Assembly (NCBI RefSeq): GCF_001194135.2
Contig: NC_069000.1
Location: 40,160,028-40,205,435 of the forward strand
DNA from: Octopus bimaculoides
Lineage: Eukaryota
Direction of reading: 5' to 3'
DNA: 45,408 nt
The position numbers were made by a program, and so were the translations under genes. Position 1 is the first letter of the stretch, and every line of letters starts with the position of its first letter. A model generated the notes under the pieces. That model was not told the DNA's origin, did no database searches, and saw only the letters and a program-made list of their open reading frames with translations. Shown here in pieces: positions 1 through 10,517 of this stretch.

Positions 1-126
1 TGAACTGGAGCAACGTGAAATAAAGTGTCTTGCTCAAGAACACAACACACAGCCCGGTCCGGGATTCAAATTCACAACCTCATGATCGTAAGCTCGACGC
101 TCTAACCACTGAGCCATACGCCTTCA
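1..126 (-). mobile_element. tRNA-headed SINE family D (cut by the window start)
   Basis: Reverse complement reads GAAGGCGTATGGCTCAGTGGTTAGAGCG...TTTGAATCCCGGACC..TGTGTTCTTGAGCAAGACACTTTATTTCACGTTGCTCCAGTTCA; matches 16740-16866. Confidence 0.78.
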
Positions 127-150
127 CATTATATATATATAGACATACAT

Positions 151-300
151 GCACTTTCCATCTACCAAATCCACTCACAAGGGTTTAGTCAGCCTAAGAC
201 TATAGTAACAGACCCCTGTTCAAGGTGCTATATAATGGGACAGAACCCAGAACCATGTAGTTGGGAAGCAAACACCTTACCACTCAGCCATACTTGCACC
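151..300 (-). mobile_element. SINE family B, left arm
   Basis: Reverse complement of the B left arm (CCATCTACCAAATCCACTCACAAGG...GAACCCAGAACCATG). Confidence 0.75.
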
Positions 301-539
301 TAAACACACACATACACAATGTGCATTCAAGGACATTTATGTGAACACATTCACCCATATATGGCAACAAATATACCCGTATTTACAAACGTGATGCATT
401 ACAAGTGTCATTTAATTTCTTATGTGCCGGCATTAGAAGGAAGTTTGTATCCAATTGCTCCCAGACTCCCACTCTCTCATAAGTAACAGCTTTTCCTTGT
501 TATTTTAGTGATCAATATGTGTATATAGAAGTAATGATA

Positions 540-695
540 GCAGATGTGGTTGTGTGGTAAGAATCTTGCTTCCCAATCACATGGATCTGGGTTCAGTCCC
601 ACTGCATGGCACCTTGGACAAGTGTCTTCTACTACAGCCTCAGACCGACGAAAGCCTCGTGAGTAGATTCGGTAGAAGGAAACTGAAAGAAGCCA
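540..695 (+). mobile_element. SINE family B, left arm only
   Basis: GGTTCAGTCCCACTGCATGGCACCTTGGACAAGTGTCTTCTACTACAGCC...GGAAACTGAAAGAAGCC followed by (TA)n. Confidence 0.8.
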
Positions 696-727
696 ATCAT
701 ATTTATATATATATATATATATATATT

Positions 728-1108
728 GGCATGGGTGTAACTGTGGTGAGGAGCTTGCTTTCCAACCACATGGTTCTGGGTTCAGTCCCACTGTATGGCA
801 CCTTGGTTTGCTATTGCCTCATGAGTGGATTTGTAGAAGGAAACTGAGAGAAGCCTGTCGTATACATATATATGTATGTATCTGTATGTCCTTGTGTCTG
901 TATTTGTCCCCTCCATCACTGCTTGACAACCAGTGTTGGTGTGTTTACATCCCTGTAACAGCGGTTTGGTTAAAGGGACTGATAGAATAACTTCTAGGCT
1001 CACAAAGAATAAGTCCTGAGGTCGATTTGTTTGACTAAAACCTTTTAAGGCAGTGCTCCAGCATGGCCCCAGTCAAACGACTGAAACAAGTACAAAAATA
1101 AAAGAATA
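728..1108 (+). mobile_element. Bipartite SINE family B (tRNA head + CORE-like GGCACCTTGGGCAAGTG + internal TA/TG microsatellite + right arm)
   Basis: Left arm with B-box-like GGGTTCAGTCCC; right arm ...GCATGGCCCCAGTCAAACGACTGAAACAAGTA. Matches 6140-6518 and 23865-24190. Confidence 0.8.
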
Positions 1109-1110
1109 AG

Positions 1111-1392
1111 ATTCCATACAGCCCAGATGAATCATTAGATTGTAGAATTAAGGGTCGATCCAACTACCCCCTGTCAAAAGACAGATTTAATATATGACCC
1201 AGATGAACCATTAGACCATAGAATTAAGGGTAGGTTCAACCATCCCCAACAGAAAGACAGATTCCATACGACTCCGGACGAACTATTAGACCATAGAATC
1301 AAGGACAGGTCCAACCAAAAGACAGATTTTATATGACCCAGATGAATCATTACCCCATAGAATCAAGGATAGGTCCTACCCCCCCCCCCCCC
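1111..1392 (+). repeat. Minisatellite, four units of 65-76 bp
   Basis: Recurring ATT.....CCCAGATGAA.CATTAGA...TAGAAT.AAGG...GGT.CAAC...AAAGACAG, with unit starts at 1111, 1185, 1261 and 1326. Confidence 0.85.
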
Positions 1393-2262
1393 NNNNNNNN
1401 NNNNNNNNNNNNNNNNNNNNNNNNNNNNNNNNNNAATACATTTCACTGATTGCAAATGCTTGGAAGACCAAAGTCAAGTGGCTGAAAGTGGGGGGGAGGG
1501 AAGAGACTGGGGCTCTCTGTGGCTGCTGACTTGATCAGCAGAAAAGCCCTGGGACAGGGGACGTAGAATTATCAATCATTTGTAGCTCACTACTCTATTA
1601 CATTGAAAGGGACCCCCATAAATGGATACAATATAAGAACAAACATGAATAAGGGGGGGTTTGTCTTTTTACACATCACTTCTTTATCTCCCCTTCACCC
1701 ATTGTTTGAAGCTAATCTAGGTGGTGGTGGTAGGGATAGCAGTAGGGGTGGTGGTGGAAGTGGTTATTGCAGTGGTGGTGGTGGTTCTGGTGATGGTGGG
1801 TGTGACAAGGGTAGTGTTGGTGATAGTTGTCATAAAGGTGGTGTGGTGGTGGTGATAGCCCTTTCATTTTTGCGGTTGCTTATTGCTAAAAAATAGCATC
1901 CCTAATTTTTTTTTCTTCTGGTGGGGTTAGTAGGTCAACAGTGATGGGGTGGGGCAGAGGGAATATGACTGATGTTTCTCATGGCAGTTGTCCCCTGTCT
2001 GTCATCTATCAGTCTGTCTGGGATTTCCCAGGGTTTTGCAGGAACAGGGGACTAAAAATAAAATATTCACTAGACCCCCAATTAATTAATATATTAACAC
2101 ACTGTCTTTGTGTGTAGGAGAGAAAGAGAGGGAGAGGAGAGAGAAAGAGTGAGCGTGCTTATGTGAGGGGGAGTGGGAGATAGTGTATGTGAGAGAGAGA
2201 GAGAGAGAGTGTGTGTGGGTGGAGGAGAGTGTATGAGTGTGGGAAGAGAGTGATGTGTGAAT

Positions 2263-2319
2263 GGGTGGGAACCTACGCCAACATCTCTTCAGTTATCCGG
2301 CCGGCATGGGTTCCCACCC
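2263..2319. repeat. GC-rich inverted repeat, 17-bp arms with a 23-nt spacer
   Basis: GGGTGGGAACCTACGCC (2263-2279) vs GGCATGGGTTCCCACCC (2303-2319): 15 Watson-Crick pairs, 1 wobble, 1 mismatch. Confidence 0.85.
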
Positions 2320-2438
2320 TGGCATCTGAAGCTCGGAGTTTTATCATGGCTACCGAATAAGTGTCACATTTTTACAGATAAATTCCTCTATTAACATAAT
2401 ATCGAGGTCTCTTTCTTTCTTTTTGTTGTTCTTCCTAT

Positions 2439-2483
<45 letters not shown>

Positions 2484-2741
2484 TATATGTTATATNNNNN
2501 NNNNNNNNNNNNNNNNNNNNNNNNNNNNNNNNNNNNNNNNNNNNNNNTTTTTTTTTTTTTTTTTTGCCAAATAAACACACGCACTATATATTTGTTCTTC
2601 ACTCAGTTATTACTGTTCTTATTCTAACTCATGTCCATTGTCCAAAAATCTTTCGTCACACATCTGTGACCTCCTCAGCGACACTTTCCATCTTCGTGTA
2701 TGCACTTGCTCTGCTTATTACCCGCAAAAATTCATAAACAA

Positions 2742-2975
2742 GGCGGTGAGCTGGCAAAAACATTAGCACACCGAGCGAAATGCTTAGCGGTATTTCGTCT
2801 GTCTTTACGTTCTGAGTTCAAATTCCGCCGAGGTCGACTTTGCCTTTCATCCTTTCAGGGTCGATAAATTAAGTATCAGTTACGCACTGGGGTCAATGTA
2901 ATCGACTTAATCCCTTTGTCTGTCCTTGTTTGTCCCCTCTATGTTTAGCCCCCTTGTGGGCAATAAAGAAATAAA
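2742..2975 (+). mobile_element. SINE family C with tail type 1 (...GCCCCTTGTGGGCAATAAAGAAATAA)
   Basis: GGCGGTGAGCTGGCA...TTCTGAGTTCAAATTCCGCCGAGGTCGACTTTGCCTTTCATCCTTTC.GGGTCGATAAATTAAGTA; more than 10 copies in the window. Confidence 0.85.
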
Positions 2976-3024
2976 AAATCCATAAACATATAAACACACA
3001 CACACACATATGTATATATATATA

Positions 3025-3061
<37 letters not shown>

Positions 3062-3505
3062 TGTATTTGAGGGTACAAAAACACCTTGAGCATATCAGAT
3101 GCACCCCTATTTCAGTAGCACCCGTTTCAGAAAAAGGGAGTATTAGGGACAAAATTAGCTCAAGGAAGGCCCAACATTCCATATAGGACCCAGACTGATT
3201 TTTTGAGGCACTATTCTGACAAAAAAGAAGCAAAAAAATTCTCTTTATATGCTATTAAGTGCAATGTATACATACATACGTATATATGTGCGTGAGAGAG
3301 TGTATATGAATAATACACATGTGTATAAGAAGGAATGGCTTTGATATGTATATAAATAGAAAAGAGAGGAAAACGCTCTTAAAGTCGAAAAATTTAAGTG
3401 TCTTTTAAGTGCATAGATGCACATAACTGTGTGCGCATATGTCTGTATGTGTGCGCATGTGTCTGTATGTGGATGTGTTTGTTAGTATTAATCACATCTA
3501 CATAC

Positions 3506-3796
3506 CTTATTTGGTGTCACATCCCAGCTACGTCGATGCCAGTTACTCGCCAGTGAAGGATTCTGGTCATAGCTGCTGGAATCCTTATTTGGCGTCGAGG
3601 TGAGGTTGGACATGCCAGTAAGAATTTTGAGTCGGTTTCCTGGGGCAATACCAGTTTTTCCTCGGAATGTGCATCGCCACCATCCCACCATGCCATCTGT
3701 GTCTTGCTCGAGAACGGCGAGGACATCTCCACGCCGAAATGCAAGTTCGTTAGCTGACTCTGCAAGATTGTCATATATGGCTTTGGCAAGGGTAGT
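3506..3796 (-). CDS. BCAR1: Internal coding exon (97 codons, phase 0/0) encoding the N-terminal SH3 domain of a CAS-family adaptor (p130Cas/BCAR1/NEDD9-like)
   Basis: Translates TTLAKAIYDNLAESANELAFRRGDVLAVLEQDTDGMVGWWRCTFRGKTGIAPGNRLKIL..., matching the CAS SH3 signature as I recall it (LAKALYDNVAESPDELSFRKGD...GWWLCSLHGRQGIVPGNRLKIL). Acceptor is a pyrimidine tract plus TTTTGCAG| (AG at 3798-3797). Donor is AAG|GTATGT (GT at 3505-3504). The symbol is the closest family name; invertebrates usually have one CAS gene. Confidence 0.93.
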
Positions 3797-3834
3797 CTGC
3801 AAAATAAAAAGAAAGAAAAATTACATTATACATA

Positions 3835-3877
3835 GATAGGTGTGTGTGTGTGTGTGTGTGCATGCATGTGCACATAT

Positions 3878-3924
<47 letters not shown>

Positions 3925-4135
3925 TACATACAATATATATGCAATATATATATATGTATATACACACACACATACAATATATATACATATGTATATATAC
4001 ATATATATACACACACACATACAATATATATACATATGTATATATACACACACTTATATATACATATGTACACACATATATATACATACACTTATATATA
4101 CATATGTACACACATATATATACATACTCACACAC

Positions 4136-4166
<31 letters not shown>

Positions 4167-4300
4167 TGTATATATATATACATATATACAAAAATATATA
4201 TTTATATACATATACACACAAATATATATTTATATACATATAGACATATATATATACACTTTACACACACACAGAGGAAGAGAAAAAGAGAGAGAGAGCT
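3835..4300. repeat. Compound (TG)/(TA)/(CA)/(GA) microsatellite block next to the exon acceptor
   Basis: Read directly; it produces the spurious YI/HT/CV ORFs. Confidence 0.95.
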
Positions 4301-4445
4301 AGCTACATAGACATATGAATCTATAGAATTGTATAGAAACAGTATATAAAAAAATACATGCATAAACGCTTGTTCAAATGTGTTTATAGTTGCCTATAAA
4401 CAAATTAATGATAAACTGAAATCTTAGCTCCACACACACACAATC

Positions 4446-4680
4446 ACCATCAGCATCATCACCATCAGCATCATCCGATGTCCATTTTTTCCCCATGCTT
4501 GCAGCGGTCAGATGGAATTTGACGAGGCAAGTTTTATGCAGCCAGATGCCCTTCCTGTTGCTAAATTTGGCCTGTTTCCAAGGAAGGTGAGTATTTGTCC
4601 AAAGCCAAACAGGTTTCTGACAGAATTCTGGAAACAAACAAACATCGGTCCTCCAAAGGTGAAGCTCATGTGAAACCATC
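4446..4680 (-). mobile_element. Diverged RTE-type 3' tail with a (CAT/CAC)n end
   Basis: CATCATCCGATGTCCATTTT..CCATGCTTGC...CAGCCAGATGCCCTTCCTGTTGC is the reverse complement of the tail type seen at 9920-10050. Confidence 0.6.
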
Positions 4681-4699
4681 ATAGGAAATCAAGAAAAGG

Positions 4700-4730
<31 letters not shown>

Positions 4731-4890
4731 GGCGCAGGAGTGGCTGTGTGGCAAGAAGCTTGCTTCCCAGCCACATGGTTCTGGGTTCAATTCCACTGCG
4801 TGGCACCTTGGGCAAGTGTCTTCTATTATAGCCTCAAGCTGACCAAAGCCTTGTGAGTGGATTTGGTAGAGGGAAACTGAAAGAAGCCCA
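4731..4890 (+). mobile_element. SINE family B, left arm
   Basis: GGCGCAGGAGTGGCTGTGTGG...GGCACCTTGGGCAAGTGTC...GGAAACTGAAAGAAGCCC then (TG)n. Confidence 0.82.
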
Positions 4891-5647
4891 TTGTGTGTGT
4901 GTGTGTGTAAGAATGAAACTAAAGCATTAACTTTGGCAGGATTTGAACTTGGAAAGTAAGGGGATGAAATATAAGTATTATAAAGTGATTTAGTGCAGTG
5001 TTCTGGAGTTCTTGCCCTTCCCCTCATAATATCAATAACACACACATTACAAAATACACATACTACATCTATGCACACTTATAACATATATATGTGTATA
5101 GTGTATAATGTGTGTGTATATTACAACTTACACATTACATATTACACACACACATTACAATCCACACAGAAACACATTATGCGCTATACACACGCACACA
5201 CATACAAGCATACATTATATATTACACACATGCACACACACAGCACATACCCCCAAAACAGCCTGAGCAAAAGGGTGTGAGAAGAGAATAGAAAGGTCAA
5301 ATAATTCTGGGGATTTGAAATGTTATTGAAGGTTGAGGACAAATATATTTGCAATAATGTGTGTGTGTGTGTGTATGGATGTGTGCATTTATGTATGCAT
5401 GTGTGAGTGTGTGTATTATGTATTTGCGTATTATGTATGTGTGCATGTATGTATGTATGTAAGTATATATGGGTGTGTGTGTGTTACTGGTGTAATGTGT
5501 TATTGGGGTAACATGTTTGTCTGTATGTATGTGTGTAATGTATCTGCGTATTATGTATGTAAGTGTGCGCGTGTGTGTACGTATGTGTGTTACTGGTGTA
5601 ATGTGTTATTGGAGTAACATGTTAGTCGTTTTATGAGTTCTCCCAAA

Positions 5648-5810
5648 GACGGCGAGCTGGCAGAGTGGTTAGCATGCCGGGCGAAATGCTTAGTGGTATT
5701 TCGTCTGTCTTTACATTCTGAGTTCAAATTCCACCGGGGTCGACTTTGCCTTTCATCCTTTCGGGGTCAACAAATTCAGTATCAGATGTGCCTAGAGTAG
5801 AAAATATTAT
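5648..5810 (+). mobile_element. SINE family C, internally deleted, type-2 end
   Basis: Same head and core, joined directly to GTGCCTAGAGTAGAAAATATTAT. Confidence 0.8.
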
Positions 5811-6004
5811 GTGCATGCGTTACTGGAGTGTGTGTGTGTGTGTGTGTGTATGCAGTTGGTGTAATGAGAGTGAATACATGTATGCCTGTGTTATTGGTGT
5901 AAAGTGTGTGTGTGTGTGTGTGTGTGCACATGTATGCAATGTGTGTGTGCACATTTGTGCATGTGTAAAAACATGCAAATGTGCAAGTTTGCACAGGCGT
6001 AAGT

Positions 6005-6097
6005 ATGCACACATGTAATTATATATTATATATATATGCACACATGTAATTATATATTATATATATATGCATACATGTAATTATATGCATATATATA
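6005..6097 (+). repeat. 31-bp tandem repeat x3
   Basis: ATGCACACATGTAATTATATATTATATATAT at 6005 and 6036, with a diverged unit at 6067. Confidence 0.85.
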
Positions 6098-6139
6098 TAA
6101 TTATATACATACATAAACATATATGTGTATGTTTATATC

Positions 6140-6518
6140 TTTTTTACTTGTTTCAGTCTTTTGACTGTGGCCATGCTGGAGCACCGCCTTTAGTCGAGCA
6201 AATCGACCCCAGGACTTATTCTTTAGAAGCCTATTATTATTCTATCGGTTTCTTTTGCCGAACCGCTAAGTTACGGGGACATAAACACACCAGCATCGGT
6301 TGTCAAGCGATGTTGGGGGGGACAAACACAGACACACATATATACATATATACGACGGGCTTCATTCAGTTTCCGTCTACCAAATCCACTCACAAGGCTT
6401 TGGTCGGCCCGTGGCTATAGTAGAAGACACTTGCCCAAGGTGCCACGCAGTGGGACTGAACCCGGGACCATGTGGTTGGTAGGCAAGCTACCTACCACAC
6501 AGCCACTCCTACTGCGCA
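6140..6518 (-). mobile_element. SINE family B, full length
   Basis: Both arms present, with an internal (CA/TA)n at about 6325-6352. Confidence 0.85.
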
Positions 6519-6554
6519 TATAATGTGAATGCATAGTAATATTACGATCATGAA

Positions 6555-6718
6555 ATTAGATCGACTCTAGTACGCAACTGGTACTTAATTTATCGACCCC
6601 CAAAAGGATGAAAGTCAAAGTCCACCTCGGCGGAATTCGAACTCAGAACGTAAAGGCAGACGAAATATCGCTATTTCGCTTTGCTACCTTATTATGTTCC
6701 TGTTAGCTCGCTGCCTTC
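6555..6718 (-). mobile_element. SINE family C, 3'-truncated
   Basis: TGGTACTTAATTTATCGACCCC..AAAGGATGAAAG.CAAAGTC.ACCTCGGCGGAATT.GAACTCAGAACG. Confidence 0.8.
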
Positions 6719-7504
6719 TGCAACCCAAAGAAATAATAAAATTACAAACAGAGAATTAAATACACACACAAAAATGATTTTAAAAAACCCCGAAAAAACA
6801 GACTAGTGTATAAATTAGCCTCGTTATTTTTTGCGGGACTCCCCCACCTCCATCTCTTCCTTCAGACCTCTCGGAAACCACTGGTTGGGAAATGCTGCTC
6901 TATCCAATTGTCCGTTTCGTTGCCATTCTAATTATTTCATAGAACATACTCATTACTAAGCAGCCTATCTGTCGGAATCAACGGAATAATCTGTTACCAT
7001 ATGATTTGTCCAGACAATGGCGCCAAGGGACTCGCCAGAGCAGCGAGGTAATAATTAAGCAGCGATTACAACACTCGCAGTAACAATCGCACCAGCAACA
7101 ACAACAACAACAATAATAATTAATGATACTGAAACCACCACCACCACCACCACCACCACCACTACTAAAAATGACAAGACTAAACTTTTGAAACTAAAAT
7201 ACCATGTTTACATGTTACAACGACCACTACCACCTTTTCTGCTGCTGTTACTACCACCACCACCACCACCACCACCACTACTACTACTAATCAAATGGGA
7301 AGCCTGTTTGTGGTCACTGGCAGTGGTAGAAATAACAGCCAAATCTTCTACACTTGTGTATAAGCAATTTCTTTATTAACCATAAAGGTCAAAATGTAGA
7401 GTGGACGATACAAGGACAGATTAAGGGTCAGGGGACAACTGGGACATATAATCGATGATAAATGTGTATAAAATTCGAAACGTCAACAACTGCCACCATC
7501 TCCA

Positions 7505-7810
7505 TCTACAAGAAATAGCAGCCAAATCTCCTACAAATTACACCATATAGTCCCTCCAAAATAGGGAAGATACATTGGGGAGGATAGCCCTAGATATACT
7601 ATCGTCTTTCACCTGTGTTTAACTCGTGGCCATGCTGGGACACCACCTTGAAGAATTTTTCAGTTGAATGAATCGACCCTAGTACTTAGTTTTTAAAAAA
7701 TTATTTTCTAAGCCTGGTACCTACGTCTAAAAATACGACAGAGATGGCCATGGCTGGAATGCCTTTGGTATTATGAAGTCAGTTCAATCAGAACTGACCA
7801 GGAACCGAAC
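7505..7810 (+). mobile_element. Old retroposon family F, interrupted by an antisense B right arm (about 7612-7720)
   Basis: AGAAATAGCAGCCAAATCTCC...GATGGCCATGGCTGGAATGCCTTTG. Related pieces lie at about 18715-18885(+), 18930-19040(-), 33520-33660(-), 37670-37885(+), 38585-38660(+) and 43625-43830(+). Confidence 0.55.
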
Positions 7811-7840
7811 TACCACCACCACCACCACCACCACCGTTGT

Positions 7841-8200
7841 TGGCACTCCGTCGAATACGACGTCGAGGGTTCCAGTTGATCCGATCAACGGAACAGCTTG
7901 CTCGTGAAATTACGTGCAAGTGGCTGAGCACTCCACAGACACGTGTACCCTTAACGTAGTTCTCGGGGAGATTCAGCATGACAGTGTGACAAGGCTGACC
8001 CTTTGAATTACAGGCACAACAGAAACAGGAAGAAAGAGTGAGAGAAAGTTGTGGTGAAAGAGTACAGCAGGGTTCGCCACCATCCCCTGCCGGAGCCTCG
8101 TGGAGCTTTAGGTGTTTTTGCGCAATAAACACTCACAACGCTCGGTCTGGGAATCGAAACCGCGAGTCCGCTGCCCTAACCACTGGGCCATTGCGCCTCC
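7841..8200 (-). mobile_element. tRNA-headed SINE family A, near-full-length copy
   Basis: Head GGAGGCGCAATGGCCCAGTGGTTAGGGCAGCGGACTC (A-box-like), tail ...CGACGGAGTGCCA+(AAC). Nearly identical to the copies at 22082, 28669 and 45135. Confidence 0.85.
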
Positions 8201-9696
8201 ACACCACCACACTATCTATTAATTACCATCAATTCCGTGTATACTAACTTCACCACCACCATCATGAACAATAGTTTTTAGTTCACTTGATGCTATTAGC
8301 AACAAAAAAAAACAAACAAAAAAAACACAGCTAGTTCACAGTCACACACAAACAAGAGTTGCTTTTGGAAAATGTCGCATGAATAGGAAAAGCTAAGTTG
8401 GTATTTACATACACTTTCAAGCTTCTACAGGATTTCATTCACTGCTATTATTCTTATTACGAATATCACAAAAGGAATCACATTATTATTATTATTATTA
8501 TCGTCTGTTTTTGTATTATCCCCCCTCATCCTTCGCCGCAGTGGTAAAAATCATTATTATTATTACTATTGGTGCTGTTGCTAGACTATGGAACAAAATG
8601 TTGCGCAAGTAACCCTCAACCTAAAACTCAAGTTGTTAAGACTGAAATTACCGACCTACCTACTTACTTGCAAAATAAATAAAATAAAAATAAAAAAAAC
8701 AAAGATACACAAAAGAATTGGCACCGAGTAAATGGCAAACTTTTGTCTAAGTTCTCATTTCGTACAAGGACTGAATTAGCTTGGAAACGCCGCTTTTTTT
8801 TATATATATATATATATTGTTTGTAAGTTTTATTTTATGAGTTTTTTATTTTTGACATCAAATTATTGTTGTGCTTTGTGTGTAGAGGAAAGTAGGTTAG
8901 CAACAGAGTGGCTAACTAAATTAAGATGTAACACAGGGAGGGGAAACAAAGAATGTTATTAAAATATCTGAAAACTGCTGTTGGCTGGATTTATTAGAAA
9001 CAGATAAACTTGTTGAATGTCTGACGTGGTGAAAAGAGATTACAAATGTGACATTCCAATATATATATATATATATATATAACGTGAGAGAGTTAGGGGT
9101 TGGGGGTTCAACCCACTAAGGGATAGTATCTATCCAGTATACTGCTGGGAGGGTACCCAATTATTGCTACACTAGTGCTATACTAGGTGCAATCAATGGG
9201 AGCGGGTAAAAGTGGAGGTTTTACCCAAAATTTGTGTAACAATTAGAAAATGGAGGATAATATGCTGAACCCAACTACTTGCAGACGGTGTATCCCGTTG
9301 AATTCATTAATTTNNNNNNNNNNTATGTTATTTTGCCAACATGGTTTACATATAGAAGTACAAAGTACGTGTGTGTGTGTGTGTGTGTGTGAGTGTGTGT
9401 GTGTGTGTGTGTATATATATTATAAAAATTTAGATTCAAAACTGAATGTGGCACTTAAGTTTAGGCACCAGAATATAGTATGGTATTATCCAAACAATTC
9501 CAAAAACAAAGGTGATCAAAAATCAAAAAAGCAACAAGGATATTCAAGGTTAATGCAGTACGATCGTTTCATGCAACTCCATTTATTTAAGTAATGTGAG
9601 CATTACATTAAATGTAAAATGCAGAGCAATCTTCAGCTGCACAAGGATACAGAAAATTTATTGAAATTTTCATTTCAGCAGAATGGACATATTACT

Positions 9697-10058
9697 GTTG
9701 TGGTCTCGCTCCCGTGCTGGTGGCACGGAAAAAGCACCATTTGAGCGCGATCGTTTCCAGCTTCCCCTTACTGGCACATGTACTGGTGGCATGTGAACAA
9801 AATATTGGACTGACTCCTGTGCAGGTGGCACGTAAAAATAACACCATTTGAGCGTGGCCGTTGCCAGTACCGCCGGACTGGTCCTCGTGCTGGTGGCACG
9901 TAAAAAGCACCTACTACACTCTCAGAGGGCATCCAGCTGTAGAAACTCTGCCAGATCAGATTGGAGTCTGGTGTAGCCATCCGGTTCGCCAGTCCCCAGT
10001 CAAATCATCCAACCTATGCTAGCATGGAAAGCGGACGTTAAATGATGATCATGATGAT
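9697..10058 (+). mobile_element. RTE-tailed retroposon (family E) with internal GGTGGCACGTAAAAAGCACC subrepeats, ending in (GAT)n
   Basis: GGGCATCCAGCTGTAGAAAC...CCAACCTATGCTAGCATGGAAAGCGGACGTTAAATGATGATCATGATGAT; four subrepeat starts at about 9718, 9785, 9823 and 9891. Confidence 0.7.
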
Positions 10059-10247
10059 ATATATATTTAGGATTAAGTACGACTACAATTATTTTTCGGG
10101 TGTTAGAGTGTGAGTTGAAAGAGGGAGTAATTTGGTTGCTATATCTAGCTTGGTTGAGCGACTGTTATTTTTTTTTTCTTGAGCGATTGGACATATAGAG
10201 CCAATTATCGATTTCCTTGGTAAACAACCGACCGAGATGACATTTAC

Positions 10248-10517
10248 CTTTGAACGGAACGCCAGTCTGCGACAAGGTTCAACAGCAGAAATTTTGAGGG
10301 GAAGGGATAAGATAATTACAACTGAACTGTCCTCCCCACCACCTTCTCGAATATTGCGCAGGTAATTTCGGTTTACCGACTCCGAAGAGATGAAAGGCAA
10401 CCGATATTTTTTAGACCCAGTCTGCCATTGTTTACATCTAGTAATTTCTAACTCGTTAAGGCAGGAAAATAATAAAAAAAAATTTTTCTTCTTTGTTTGG
10501 AAACGGGGGAAAGGCAT
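10248..10517 (-). CDS. Candidate alternative 5' exon of the CAS gene (up to 90 aa, ending ...RRLAFRSK)
   Basis: Lies in a 147-codon non-repetitive open frame (10089-10532), with donor AAG|GTAAAT in phase 0 (GT at 10247-10246). The start is uncertain: ATG at 10517, or an internal acceptor after the T tract near 10455. Confidence 0.33.

Noticed and set aside
1603-1896. Gly-rich 97-aa ORF
   Set aside because: It is a degenerate (GGT)n trinucleotide tract.
2281-2300. CTGAAGAG on the minus strand resembles a hammerhead core
   Set aside because: No GAAA follows the candidate stem II, and stems I and III are absent.
2299-2370. GGCCGGCATGG matches the first 11 nt of the HDV genomic ribozyme as I recall it, with a CGAA downstream
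   Set aside because: There is no P1 3' strand (GCCGGCY), no P3/L3 and no P2 pairing, so the nested double pseudoknot cannot form.
1-3505. Search for the next CAS exon (YxxP substrate domain)
   Set aside because: No YDxP-rich frame with splice sites was found; it presumably lies beyond the window start.
3771-4310. Numerous [12 protein letters not shown] ORFs here and throughout the window
   Set aside because: They are translations of dinucleotide microsatellites.
7450-7495. TCGATGAT...TTCGAAACGTC resembles a Penelope-type minimal hammerhead
   Set aside because: The core reads UCGAUGA, not CUGAUGA, stem II is mismatched, and there is no PLE context. At best a dead relic.
8668-8790. Strong minus-strand donor AA|GTAAGT at 8667
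   Set aside because: No usable upstream ATG, and it overlaps a (GTAG)n-like simple repeat.
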